Positions 1-12,871 of a stretch of DNA of 64,000 nucleotides are shown here, one piece after another. Below the pieces are notes generated by a model that saw only the letters and a program-made list of their open reading frames with translations, had not been told where the DNA came from and ran no database searches. Both the position numbers and the translations under genes were made by a program. The stretch is taken from NCBI GenBank assembly GCA_047495785.1, contig JBLDXI010000015.1, positions 558,001 to 622,000 of the forward strand. The letters run 5' to 3'. The number at the start of each line of letters is the position of its first letter. Position 1 is the stretch's first letter. The stretch comes from Lepidodermella squamata. Its lineage: Eukaryota > Animalia > Gastrotricha.

Positions 1-886
1 CAGCGCAGTCGCAAATGTTTGGCCCAGCACAAGTGCCACCATTCTTGCAGGTAACCGTTGTGCAGAGAGCTATGGCAATGGCACGGACTTTGAACATGCC
101 ACCATGAATGCAGCAGAGACGTTGACTTACAAATGTCGCAATTTGCACCACTCCAGGCGCTTGAACAGCTGCAAATGTTTGCGCCGACACAAGTTTGCCG
201 GCTGTTACAATTCGAGCAAGTATCTAACCATTTTAGAAAAGAAGGGTCAATTAATAATGACAAATATTCGTCTCTTACATTTATTGCAAGTTGTTCCCGA
301 GTAGCCACTAGGGCAGATGCAAGTACCAGAACTGTAGGTTCCGCCGTTAAGGCAGACGATAGACTGGGCCTTTAAATCGTCCCGTATAAATTATAAATGC
401 AGAACTATTAGATTGCAATTAATTCGACCTATCTATGTATGGTCGCTATCGAATTAATGGTATAGCTACCCAAGCTGGTCTCGACCTTTTTATCTTGAGC
501 ATAATTTGTTTTTCTTCTTGTCGAATAGCTCAATTTCCACGTCTATTAAGTAGAGATCTATGCAATAAAGGTAACTTGGATACCCCGCAAACACTTTTGT
601 CAAATACTCTTTCCTAATTTGGAAATGTATGCTTCGCAAAGAACAAAATTGGACTGCTTCTTTTGAAAGCAACGCCACCCGATGAAGGCCATTACGCATT
701 ATAGTTGACATTACATTGGGTGAATTGTTAAATACGTACCGCTGGGTTTCTGACCTGTTGATTCGAGGTGCAGGCGTGGATCAGACCAGCTGTAACCAGA
801 ACTGATCATCGGTAGAATAAATTTTAGAAATTGTATAAAGACGTCTCAAAACATTTACCGAGAAGTAAAGGTAGGATTACAAGCAT
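1..886 (-). CDS. 5' part of EGF-cathepsin paralog 0 (signal peptide + EGF1-3), truncated by window edge
   Basis: Exons 886-859, 801-740, 369-279, 223-131, 69-<1 with GT-AG sites. They translate as MLVILPLLLVLVTAGLIHA-CTSNQQVRNPA-AQSIVCLNGGTYSSGTCICPSGYSGTTCNK-YTCSNCNSRQTCVGANICSCSSAWSGANCDI-SLCTTVTCKNGGTCAGPNICDCA. The exon layout matches the three downstream paralogs; the protease domain itself is outside the window. Confidence 0.85.
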
Positions 887-1841
887 ATTAGCTATAAATT
901 TTGCAGAAATGCAGTTTGATGTGAACCGCGAAATTACTCTCGCGATTGTGAATGGTTAGCCGTTGAAGTTTTCGCACTCAAATGCAAATGCCATTGTTTA
1001 GCCGCCCACGGCCAGAAAGCATTTGCGCCCGCGAACTTGAGCCATTTAATAGAGGAATACCGCGTTCTAAGTATTATTAGGTGTGAATATCAGTGCCAAA
1101 TAAGAGACCTAGGACCTAGGAGTTTCGTTGGGGTTTTAAAACTGTATTAAGAAATACTGGGTCATTTGAACGTGCCGCATTGAAAAGGCCTTTGCCGTTT
1201 TTTTGCGTCACACAATTGGGAGAGGGGCGTGAGCTCATATCAATCTACTAAACAATTACTCGAATTAAGAAGAATTACCTAGCTTTTGCACACTTTTACT
1301 AATCGGTTCGCAGTTTCCACTGCAAGCAAACTACAAAAGGAACTAGGTGAAAAAACGACGACGGGTCAAAAATAATCGCGTTTATGGCAGAATTTAGAAA
1401 TTTTCTGGAAGGAAAAATCAAGAACCAAGTTTTTTCAGATGGACCAAGGCGTATTTAATATGCAAGTTTATCTCAGGAACTATCAGGCGGCGGAGAAGAT
1501 AAATAGGCATTGGGCATTGGAATGACCATAAGAATGACTGGCTACTTTTCTACGGATAAACTGCCGCATGTAATTTTAAATAAAAAATGCACCAATCGAG
1601 AAGCTAATCCACAATCCACACACTCTGTGGCATAATGAGAGTCACGTAAACTGTAGTTTACATTTATTGCAGCCAGATCTGGAGTTCGATTGAACTTGAC
1701 GCTATTATAACGTTATTCTGTTTGTCTGGATTCATTTCAAATTCAATTTCATGTACATCATCTCCGCGTTCCCTGCCGGCCTCATTCATCCACGCTGCTT
1801 TACTGTATATCTACTAATTTTCGGTGACCATTAATTTTCGT

Positions 1842-2200
1842 GTGTGGCCGACCACATGTTAGGCATCGTTCGTCTCCGGAGCAATTCCGCGCCATATGGC
1901 CGTATCGCTGGCATCGGAAGCATTGCATCACATCTGGAGGTTTCACAACAAACCCTCGGAATCGCAGCAGAAATGGTTTCGCAGTCAGGCCGTTCTTTAC
2001 AGCGCATTCAGCTAGAAGCTAGATCGTAGTCAGACAGCTTGAACATTGACCGGTTGCCTCGAAGGGTAACAGTCTTAGCCAGTTTGTCGCCAAAGGCTGC
2101 CGCAATGTGGGTCGCCGTGACGGCAGTCGCATCAAAATTGGTCAGAATTACTCAGTATTTATCCGGTCGTTGCGAGATGATCTTGGCCCCGTCCAATGCC
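1842..2200 (-). mobile_element. Degenerate non-LTR retrotransposon ORF1 (gag-like) remnant
   Basis: Minus strand reads ECAVKNGLTAKPFLLRFRGFVVKPPDVMQCFRCQRYGHMARNCSGDERCLTCGRPH: one full CCHC knuckle plus the start of a second, as in Jockey/I ORF1. Upstream VILTNFD resembles AVICTNFP of the ORF1 at 45228-46844. Stops and frameshifts are present; ends are approximate. Confidence 0.75.
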
Positions 2201-3656
2201 AGTTGATAACCAGTTGTTACCATGTTTTAAGTTGGGCTGGCCGAGTTTGTGTAAATGTTTTGTTTGAGCTTTCTAAAACTGATAGAATGAGGCTGTGCGG
2301 AAATACGCGAGAATAGTGTGCCGCTATTTGTTGGGCTCTTCCAGGTAAAAAATTCACAAAATATAGCCAAATATAGCTTCGCTGGCAGGTGACTCAACGC
2401 CCTATATATATTTAGCTCAGCTGCCATTTTTTCACGGTATCGATCTTAAAAATTAAAAATACGCCAATTCTCTCAAAAAGCGCTCTAACGTACGATTTGT
2501 CGTAAGAAGATGATAGCTAGTTTAGAAAAATTGAGGCCTATGCGAGCGATATTTTTCTGGACTATATGCTGAGAGAATGACCGAGGTATCTCCAGCTCAC
2601 AAGGTCTACTTCGCACTATTCATTATTCATGTAGGACTATTCATTATAATCATCAATTTTCTAATCATTTTATCGCGAACAGCAAGCATTCGCTTCGAAA
2701 TTTAGATTGCAGACTATAGCTATGTCGGCTAAGATACCAAGAATACATTACGTTTTGAGATTGAGGGTGTGAAACATACTCATACTCATACTCTTAATTA
2801 ATGAAAGTTGCCTTTCGACATTTAGCATTCGGTATCAGACATCATCGCAAGGCTTATGAGTCAACCATTCCCATGGTTGATGGTCGAACCATGGTCCCCA
2901 GGCTTTGCGTTTTGCGTGCTGATTAGCCATATCTTGATTGCCGGTGAATAGCGTCCTACACCGGGAGGGAGGAAACCGCGGACTCGGGGGGATTTGCTTG
3001 ACGGTGATCCCAGCATGTACGCACTCGAGGATTGTGCCCTTGGCTTCGTAATCGGCGATACGTCTTCATGTCAGCTTGATTTACGGTCCCAGAAACGCCG
3101 CATTCAAAGCGTAGAAGACTGATTGGTGTTGCTGTTCTGGTGATTGAACCCTTGCCTCTTCGCCGCCAGAGAGACGGCTATATGAATCTCGTTGCCCGAT
3201 GGGTCACCCGATGGGCTCTTACGTGAATTTGATTACAATTAAGGCTATTCTGTTCAGTTGTTCCTCGCTGCAATTCATTCAAAATTAATATACATATTAT
3301 TGGAGTTTTATTGCGAGTTAATTCATGTATCCTGCATCCTGCATATTTTTAAGGTCTAAATTTTTGCCAATGATAGGCTAGCGCTGCCAACAAGCTACCA
3401 GTTACGCCACCCGAGTAAGCTCTTTGTTCAGCTGAGCGCACTTCGATCAGCTTTCGCAAAGTTCCTGCTATCTACCCGGTTGCCCGGTTGCCAGAAGATT
3501 GACGTCAGTAAAGCAGCTGTTTAGCTGACAATGTATTCTTCGAGTGTATCATCAAAAAGCCCTTTATATAATACCGCGAGCTTCTGAATTTTATCATTCA
3601 TTTTCGCTATTAACTTTACTGAGTTTCAATACTTTGTTCTATTCATTCCAGGCTAA

Positions 3657-6600
3657 ATGCTAGTCAAAGCTCTGCCCGCGCTGTTTTTGCGTAAGTTTCC
3701 GCTGTTATGTTCCAACAATTCACAATTTCTTTTAATTCTTTTTAAGAGCTTGCATTGTTCGAACTGCTTGCTAATGGTAATCTCTTAAACTTGAAGCCTA
3801 ATAAAGGGCTTATCAAGTCGAACGTGACCATCAACGTCAAGCCAAAAGCGCAGATTCGGCTCAATAGCACAACACCTTTCTACTTCTGCAATATGACCAC
3901 TGTCCGGCCGAAAACTGTGAAACCGAGTGCCCCGACTGTGGGTAAGAAGCCGAAAGCTCCTGCAAAACCAACAAACGGAACTACAGTGGCCACCACTAAG
4001 CCGAAAAGCGGAGTTTCCCCCAAGCCGAAAGCTCCTGCAATGCCGAAGAAACCGAATACGGCGAATGCTACTGCGCCAAATAGTGGGAAGCCAGCCAAGC
4101 CGAAGAACGGAGTGTCCCCCAAGCCGAAAGCTCTCTCAACGCCGAAGAAACCGAATACGGTGATTACTACTACACCGAAAAGCGGAGTCAAACCCAAGCC
4201 GGTAGCTCCTCCATCGCCGAAAGGAGGTGAGTAACTCAGTTCATTGTGAATCATTGTGCGAAGAAGGAACTGAGGTGTTTTTCCAGCACCCAGCCGAAAA
4301 ACCCAAAGGGTTTCCCTCATTTTTTTCACTCGTTCTCTGTTTGGAATCCCGGAGCTGGGGGGTCCCTTGAACCTCGCACCCTGCTTTGAATCGCAATCGA
4401 TTTTCCCGGCGTTTTATTATTCCAAAAAGTATTCAAATTTCTTCCCTTCCTAAATACAGTCGTGACGTGGCGTCAAGTTTTATATAAATATAACAGCTCA
4501 TTTGACTTTCACAGCGGTATGCAAAACACCTTGCGCGAACGGTGGAACTTGTGCTGCTGGCAACACGTGCAAGTGCGCCGCTGGATGGACTGGACCTGCT
4601 TGCGAGAAGTGTAAGCTCCTATTCCTATACAATATACAATACAAAATTGATCGCCATCATACAATGGCTTTCGCCTCTTGCTTTTCCAATGCAATGCGGT
4701 TAAGTATCATTCCGATTTTAATGTTCATATATTCACATTTCTCAGCTGAGTGTTCGAAACCATGCGAAAATGGCGGGACGTGCAACGGACCTGAAAGCTG
4801 CAAATGCAATGATTTGTTCTCTGGACCAACCTGTTCTCAAGGTATACTGCATATTTTCAAATATTTCGAAATACAGCTTTCCCAAATCAAATTGTAAATA
4901 TAAGCTTATTTGAATGTTTTCCATTAACAGCGGTATGCAAAACCCCTTGCGCAAACGGTGGAACTTGCGCTGCTGGCAAAGCTGGCAACACATGCCAGTG
5001 CACTGCCGGATGGACTGGAACGGCTTGCGAGAAGTGTAAGATCTTTAGCAACGCAATTATTATCACAATTTACAATTCATACCATTCCAGCTGAGTGTTC
5101 GAGACTATGTGAAAATGGTGGGACCTGCAACGGGGTTGAGAGCTGCAAATGTAATTCATTGTTCTCAGGACCGACCTGTTCTCAAGGTACGCTATCCAGA
5201 TCTGTTAATTTATCGAGTATAATACATATTTGTTATTTTAGCAAAATTATTCGTACCAGAAAAGGGTCTTGATGTCACTTTCGAAGAAGCTTCGGAACTT
5301 TGCAAAAAGGCCAACGCAAGACTGTTCACGCCCAAAGATCAATCGCAACTCGACGCCTTCAGGTCCTATCTCAAGGGAGGTCAATCACCATCACGTCCTA
5401 TTTGGATCGGGGCGGCGTCGTCTGCTTACGCTTGGGGCAACAACAAGCCTGTTGATAACTCGATGTGGAACACGAAAACGGAAGCTGGTGATGCAGAATG
5501 TATAAGTTTTTCAGTCGTAACGGAATAGTTGAAATAATCAGTGTTTCAATTTCCCTGATGAAGGCGTAGAGCTCTACACTAACCTCCCAAACAGGGGTCA
5601 ACCGATGAAAGGAACCGGCCTGCTGACTGTTGACTGTGCAAAAAAGTACAAGGGTGTCATTTGCCAGGATACTAAATCGGTATAGCTTATATCGAAATCA
5701 TCTATATCTTACGCAAATTTGCCTTTGTTTCAGTTTCTCATGCAAGCATTCGAGTTAGACGGCGATCGAGCTGCTGCGATGAAATTGTGCGAGCGGGAAG
5801 GAATGCGACTGCCCATCCTCAGTGATCCCAGTCAGTTCGAAGCAGCTAACAGCGTTCTTCAAGAGGCGTTTTATGCCTACGAGGATAAGTCTGTTCCTGT
5901 CTGGGCAAGCAGACTGCCTGGGGCAAATCTCGATCCTGCTAGCAAGGGAATGTCTCCAGCCCGTAAGTATCCCCGAAAATGTGCTCTATTGTCAAAATGT
6001 AACATGATTACTGGATTTCGCCTTCAGATGTCCAATACATCTACCCATCCAATACTGTATCGCCTAAACCGGCCACTGATAAGGGAACGGCGATTTGCGA
6101 ACGATTCACTGGTGAGTTATCAGTTCACCGCTAGACTGGCCTCGAATTTCTCTTGAAATTTTAAGCAACTTGCACACCCGCTTGCGAGAATGGCGGAACA
6201 TGCACTGATACGAATGTCTGTGCCTGTGCTGATGGTTTTGTAGGGCCAACCTGTAGCAAATGTGAGCTAGCATTTTAGTGCTTGATGAGTTTAATACAAT
6301 ATGTTTCTTCGCGCATAGCCAAATACTTCAAGGTGCCGACCGTTGGCCCCGCGCCATATGGACCATATTGTCCATATGGTGCTTGCGAAGCTGCCGGCGG
6401 TGTTTTGGCTTCCATTCGCACGCCAGGTGAAGCCGAGCAAGCGAAAGCTGTTGCCGGCAAGTCGTACAGGGGAGTCTTCATTGGCCTCGGTGTTCTATAT
6501 GCATTCTATGGAACCAGTAGCCCTGGTATTTATAAGCGAGTCCCCATGTGACCGGGTCCGATTGGCTGGAAAGTCAGCAGCGATACAGCATATCAAGGGG

Positions 6601-7250
6601 GATGTAAGGCTCTAGCTCTAGTTTGAAATGGCATTTACTTGAATTGAAATCTTTCAATCAGGCTTACGAATCGAAAAAGAAGGTTTTTCCACTGCCCCTT
6701 GCGATGGTTTGGGCCCGTATGGTTTATGCGGCAATTATAAGGTAAGACTGCTGAATTCCCAACATTTCAAAAAGTTCAATTTTTCTCATTTTCATGCGCT
6801 GTCAGACGAGAGAAATCACAAACATCGTATACAACAATCAGGATGGGCGGTTGGACACGTTTTATAAGTTGTGTTCCCAAGGCAATCGCGAAATTGGCCT
6901 CTGGTCGATCGACACTCTCGCAGATTTCGCAAAAGTAGAGAAAATGTTTTCATCAATCGTTAAAACCTTAGCCGTGAATGGCAATCGCTATGGCACTCGT
7001 GAATTTAGCCATGCTTCAGGAGAGAAGATGGACCACAAGACCTTCCCTATCCCATGGGCTAAAGACGCCCAGTTTGTAGTGGGGAATGGATGTAAGTTAT
7101 TCGATAGAGCACCGATGCCCGAAAATACGATTCTCCCATTTTAGGCGTTGTCCTGCGGTCTGATGGATTCATTGAAGACTCGTCTTGCTACTGGACGAGT
7201 AGTCGAGAGGAAGATAGACCCGCAGCACTATGCAGCGTGAAGCCTGAATA
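3657..7250 (+). CDS. Secreted Pro/Lys/Thr-rich + 5 EGF + 4 divergent C-type lectin-like domain protein
   Basis: Signal peptide MLVKALPALFLQLALFELLANG; KPK-rich exon; four phase-1 EGF exons (4515-4610, 4746-4841, 4931-5035, 5091-5186). CTL-like domains (TFEEASELCKKANARL..IWIGA..C..DC..VICQ; AAAMKLCEREGMRLP; ACEAAGGVLASI..VFIGL; KLCSQ..CVVL..ALCS) with a fifth EGF between CTL2 and CTL3. Stop TAA 7248-7250, AATAAA near 7312. In-frame TGA at 6549-6551 (see findings). Confidence 0.8.
4001..4221 (+). repeat. Imperfect coding tandem repeat (KPKSGVSPKPKAPAMPKKPNT-like, ~3 units)
   Basis: Units of the form ccgaaaagcggagtttcccccaagccgaaagctc...ccgaagaaaccgaatacgg recur at ~4001 and ~4100, with a partial unit at ~4175. 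Confidence 0.8.
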
Positions 7251-8012
7251 ATTGAGACGAGCGATTTGCTCGAAAGATGATGAGCTGAGAGTTGAGAGCA
7301 TTGATTGTTAAAATAAATGAGCGAATACTGCTGAATGATAAAAAAGTGTTGAATATATCATCTTGAATTCGAATTACGCTATGGTCAAAAAGCTCTTAGA
7401 AAAAAGTGAAAAATATCAGGAACTCGGCATAGGATGGATCTAAAGTCTCTTTGAAGTTTAGCATGGGAGCCTTCAAAAAAGATTTTCGAAAGTTTTCGGT
7501 TTTTTAAACTTCACTCTGCCTCTATTCCCATTCACGAGCAGCCCGTCCTTTTTATTCCATCCTAATCCCAAGTGCGACCGCTCCCACAAATCTGACTACA
7601 CGACCAGACCTTCCGAAAAATAGTTGGCATTGAAAATTGCAAATCACGCAAATAATGGCATTTAGCGCCTTGTTTGGTGTGTTTTTCAGGTTTGGGTTTG
7701 TTTCTTCAGCGGATAAAACGGATTAAGGCGACCAGATCTTCAGATATATTTTCTCTAGGAAACCGCTATGCGAACTTCAAGTCAGAGCGAACCTTTAAAG
7801 ATTTCCTAGCCCGTCTTACAACTACAAAGGTCAATGCATTTGAAATACATAATTCGGGAAATACGCTAGATTTTATTAGCACTTACACGGAGGACAACTT
7901 GGTATTTAGATCGTCGAGAGACTGCAAAACGAGTATTATCAGTTTTCAAGTACGAAAGGTTACAAGAACACACAGGGTGAAACGCTGTTTGATTTAGTTC
8001 AATAGGTTCTTG

Positions 8013-10747
8013 TCACTTGAAGTAGGGCCACACAACACTGTTTTCTATGGCGCATCTATTAACGCCTTTGCGGATTTTGAAATAGCCTTTTATGCCCCAA
8101 CTGGTACCCCACGAATTGCGGCCAATCCAGTACTCCTCGTTAGTTATCGGTTCCACGCCGTATCCAACAATAACCACGTCATGGTTGACATTGGTCGGGC
8201 AGTCTTTAAAGTCAAAAACGCCTTCCTTGTAGGCCTGGAATCTTGACTCGGCGTGCATATCGACCTGAATCGGACCGTACTGCAAAGCGTCCATCATTTT
8301 CTTTACCATTGTTGATCTCAAAATTTGGTTTGTTGTCGTCAGCGTATCGGCGGATTCGACATATGACAGACCGGTTATCGGCAATGGCGAAGTTTTAACG
8401 GTACTTAAAACACAAGAGCCCTCCTTTTGCGTATACGGGTAATCCTCCCCTCTCGCAAAGACTTTGGCCGACCTGTAGTAAGCCACCACGCCTCTGAAAT
8501 TGCCGCCGTTGCAACCATTCGCAACTACACCTGTGTTCCTGGCGCAGTCCACCAGCTGTTGTTCAGACATTAAAACGGGAACGGCTTTGTTTTTCAGCGC
8601 CAGACGGGACTCGATGACCGTATTAGCTGCGAACGTGTAGCACGAACCGCATTCCTGCTGGTTTTTTATCGGCGTTAAATAGCCTTTTATTCTCCAGTCA
8701 AGTGTAGCACCTGCAAATCAAATAATACTTATAGATTACAGATGGAATCGCTCGCAATTAATACGGTTGATGTGATACTAGTCACTAGTCATACAATTCG
8801 CTTCGTGAAGTGCAACTTTTATGCACGTCGAGAGGTGTTTTATTTTCCCTTAGTTTTTTTTCTCTCAGCTCATGCGATTTTGTACCTTAATCATATGGGT
8901 TTAGAGTGTCAAAATAAAAGCTCGGGGAACTTCTTGGTTGAGGAACAACAAGTCTTCGACAATGTTTATGTATATTTAGGTAAACTCTGGCTTTTCTAGC
9001 AATCATGAATCGCGATGAAAATTCATTCAAACAAGGCCCCTATGGTTTCAGCTCGCGAAATTTGCACTGCAGAAATTTTGCAAATGAGCCTATATAAGCC
9101 CTATCAAATCAGGAAAAAATTGCCTAAATGAAATCAAATCAAAGTTATACTGCCAAGTGAACGTTGAAATGTAACGAGAGTAGGCTTACGAATCTAAAGC
9201 GCTGTTTTCACTGGGCTATATTCATCGAGGTATCTTAATAATTTAGTGGTATTTCCACATCGTAGTTTTCTCAGGCTCCTTTTTCAACCCAGCTCATTTT
9301 TCTTAAGAATAAAGGCATAAGAGGTAAAAGGCATGAATCACAAACCTGGGATTGGTACCGCATCGTTAGCATCCAACGGAGTCAAACCAGGTGCATTTCC
9401 ATAGTTAGTATCAGCGGGCGGGTAGGAATTGAGTGGCCGAGTCGTGTACAAGTCTCGCTCTAATTTTGTTGTATCAACTTTGTCATTATAAACAACGCAA
9501 GTCTTCCGGCCAGTCTCCACTCCATCATCCTTCTCGATCCAGCATAAAATCACATCGTTTCCGACCTGAGTCTGAGTGTACGAGTAATTGACTTCGCGCT
9601 TCCGCCTCCGCTTGCTGCTCACGGTAGTATCTTTTCCAAGCAGATTTTTCTTCTTCCATTCGTCCGTCTTTGCACTGTATTGATTCAGGCCGTACTTCAC
9701 ATCAGGATTGTCCGAGTCCTTGTTCCATTCGTCGATTTCGTCGATTTCTTTCAGCAGAGTTGCTTCCGCTGCATCGTCATCCCCATCGCTAGCGATGTCG
9801 GAATCTGGATACAGTTTTTTGAAAGCTGCCCATCTGGGATCTTCAGTAGCTAAGGATTATAATTATTCAATACGTTAACAATAACCGATCACCAAAGATT
9901 CAACCTTACCGCAAGACGGGCCCGAATAGTCCTTCGAGAGACATTTGCACGTGTTTTTTCCAATACAAGTTGCGCCATTTTGGCAGAAATTCGCCGGGCA
10001 TCCTGCTGAAAGAAAAACGAGCTCTTTTAAGTATCAAGTATAAATAAAAACAAGCAAGGAGGAATTTCAAAGTTGAAAATGCAGGATGAGAAAGGGAGAT
10101 GAAAGATGGGTTCGCCGCACGCAGGACTCCTTCGAGGAGTTCAACTTACATGTTCCACAGTCGGTTCCAAACCAACCAACAGGGCAGTCGCAGATGTTAG
10201 GTCCCGAACATGTCCCGCCGTTCCTGCACGTAATCGTTGTACATAGCGCTAAAACAATTATTTCAACGTCTCGATTTCAGTTTCTTAGCGAGAGGGGCGG
10301 TCATTATCCCTACATATATCGCAATTTGCCCCGGTCCAACCGCTCGAACAGCTACAGATGTTTGCCCCAACACAGGTTTGTCGGCTGTTACAATTCGAGC
10401 AAGTAACTATGTTCGTTTCCGAAAGATGAATCAATGCAAAATCTTACGGCTAAATTTCTTACACTTATTGCATGTTGTCCCCGAGTAGCCCGTTGGGCAG
10501 ATGCAAGTTCCAGAACTGGAGCTGTATGTTCCACCGTTGAGGCAGAAAACAGACTGGGCCTACCAGAATAGAGTCATTTTAACGTATTTCTACACCATTT
10601 TATACTGACGACGGGTTTTTGAGATTGTTGAGCCGGGGTGCATGCGTAGATTGACTCAACAGACACCAGAACTGATTATTGACAGGATATATCTGATTAG
10701 GATTTATCCCTGAGAAAATGTTTACCCATCAGAGAGAGTACAAGCAT
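8013..10747 (-). CDS. EGF-repeat papain-like (C1A) cysteine protease, paralog A, intact
   Basis: 8 phase-compatible exons: 10747-10726, 10671-10610, 10559-10463, 10406-10314, 10248-10150, 10005-9910, 9849-9346, 8710-8013. Catalytic motifs QQECGSCYTF, NHDVVIVGYG, YWIGRNSWG. I29-like prodomain (KYGLNQYSAKT) followed by KRRRKR. Confidence 0.92.
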
Positions 10748-11339
10748 TTAACTCGTGTTTGGTGCTGCTAACTGTGAAAAATGATATTGCACCAATATTT
10801 TGCACATGTGTTTGATGCTCAAAGATTCACATTTTCGCTCACGCGCTTGAGCCTAATGCTATTGTTTTGCCGCCGCCTTCTATAAGATTTTGTACCGCGT
10901 GGATTTTAGCAATTTAACTCTGGATTAAATGGCATTTTGCGTGATGGTCTTTAGTAAAACACGTTTTTCTTTTTATTTGAGAAATATTCACCAAGCTGGC
11001 CGTGTGCATAAACCGGAAACGCAATAAGGGTAGAACGAGCATCAGTTGCTAAGTGAGACGACTTGAGCCCATAGGATAAATTTGAAACTGAACGCAGTAT
11101 CCTCTTAAAAGCGCGGCGTGAAAATGTGACCACTTGTGAGCATTTTGAGAAAATATCATTGCCTCCAGCGATTCTCTTCTCAGTTGCCTGGGCCTAAAGG
11201 TGCCTGAACTCTTCTCAGGTGATGGCCCTTAGTTCTCTAACGAGCAGCAGCGCCGATTCGCGATTCGCCCAAGCAGGACTCACACCGTACAAAAGACAAA
11301 AGGCAAACTAGCCGCGTGATGGGTAGTTTCCTGGCATTT

Positions 11340-11600
11340 CAGTAATGCCAGGAGCTGCCATTTGCCGAATGAGATTGAACAGGGTTGGCGATAGCTCTGG
11401 AAGCGCCGGAAGAGACTTCAGCTGCACACTTGGGTTTTCAGACCGCGGGCCTCGAAGCCCATCCTTTCATGAAGGCAATAGTCTTTTTCCGAAGCAGCTC
11501 GCAGTGGAGCTGAATATATTGAGGTAATTCATGATTGCGGCCCGTCTTATCGAAAGCTTGCTTAAAATGTACCACGGCACAAGTCTCCACCCTTCGTAGG
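11340..11600 (-). mobile_element. Degenerate LINE reverse-transcriptase remnant
   Basis: Minus strand gives ETCAVVHFKQAFDK (11546-11587, cf. AILLDFKAAFD) and ELSPTLFNLI (11368-11397, cf. GSPLSPLLF) in the expected order, with frameshifts and stops between. Confidence 0.6.
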
Positions 11601-11887
11601 CTTTTCAAACGAGCCCCACACTAGCGACCAGTTGGAAAGAGCGCCGGGACTCGAGATAAACATGAAACCTTGCTACGAATGAGACTGCTGATATGTTACT
11701 TTTCAACCGTTCATGGTACGACAGCGAGCGATGGCTCAAAAAAAACAGGCGAGAGTTCTCGTTCGAACGGATGTTGCCGCGCGAAAAAAGTCCACGAATA
11801 TACAAAATTCTGAGTGAATAAACTGATTCGAAAGTTTCTTGGACATAGTAAAGTAATGTTGCTAGTAGTGTAGTTATCATTCTGCAG

Positions 11888-12637
11888 CAGCGGTTCGCAA
11901 AGTGGCGCACCCGTGCGCATTGGCGCATTGGCGCACGCGGAGCCTTTGAGCCAACTCGCTCTGGCCAGCGATTCCACCCCTTCTATGGACGTTTTATAAG
12001 TTGAAGGACATCGGTTTTCTGTCATTTTTAGGCTATTTTCAGCTTTTTAAGAGTGGAAATAATAAAAATTTGGCTCGCTTCGCTCGCCAGGTTTCTTCCG
12101 TTAAACTCCATGAAAGCTAGGTGTTCGATTTTCTAGGTTTAGGTAGTGTGTTCAAGCATGCTACACATGTCAAAATGTAACAACTAATCGGAATGAATGT
12201 AATAACCAAAGTCGAAGTCTGGAAGAAACTGCTAAATCCTCGTTTTTAGAAGATTTCGGAGCCTTTTTAGAGGGAAAATCCTCAAAATTTCCTCGCATCG
12301 CTCGTATAATTTGTTCAGATAACCTATAATTTGAACCAATGCGGAACGCGGAACACACATGTTCATTTTTGAGCGAGGTAACTTGCAACCATAGACATTA
12401 TTCAGTCTATGCTAGCAACAAAAAGTTTCTAACAACCAATATTGACCTATGATATAATATGAAGAAGTTCAACTTGGCAAAATTCGCAGAAACCCAAATT
12501 ATTCATGAGAAACATCTTGAATATTAGTTCTTTGCAATTAGTTCTTGAGGAGAATATAATATGCAAGAGTGGCGCACGTGGGACCGGCCGCGTGCGCCAC
12601 TCTTGCGCATCTGGGTAAAGGTATTTGCGAACCACTG
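11888..12637. mobile_element. 750-bp non-autonomous hAT-type DNA transposon (MITE)
   Basis: 14-bp TIRs CAGCGGTTCGCAAA (11888-11901) and TTTGCGAACCACTG (12624-12637), 13/14 match. Perfect 8-bp TSD TTCTGCAG at 11880-11887 and 12638-12645. Subterminal TGGCGCA repeats at both ends; no transposase ORF. Confidence 0.9.
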
Positions 12638-12871
12638 TTCTGCAGATAAACGATTACCTATATATTATATACGGGTTTAAAGCTTCTTTGATTTAGACGG
12701 AATTAAAGTGGTCTTATTTCGCCGTATTGGTCACCTCTGTCGTTGAAAGTGATTACGGCCTGCAAATATGCGCAACGGAAGGGCCCAAGTTCTGTGTGTG
12801 TTATATATAATTTTATTGCAATCAATATGAATCAAAATAAAGGAAACCGGAACATAACAGCAACGCAATAA

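Noticed and set aside
2870-3200. GC-richer segment possibly belonging to the ORF1 fossil at 1842-2200
   Set aside because: No diagnostic motif could be read.
3880-4329. 149-aa minus-strand hydrophobic Gly/Phe-rich ORF
   Set aside because: Antisense shadow of the Lys/Pro-rich exon.
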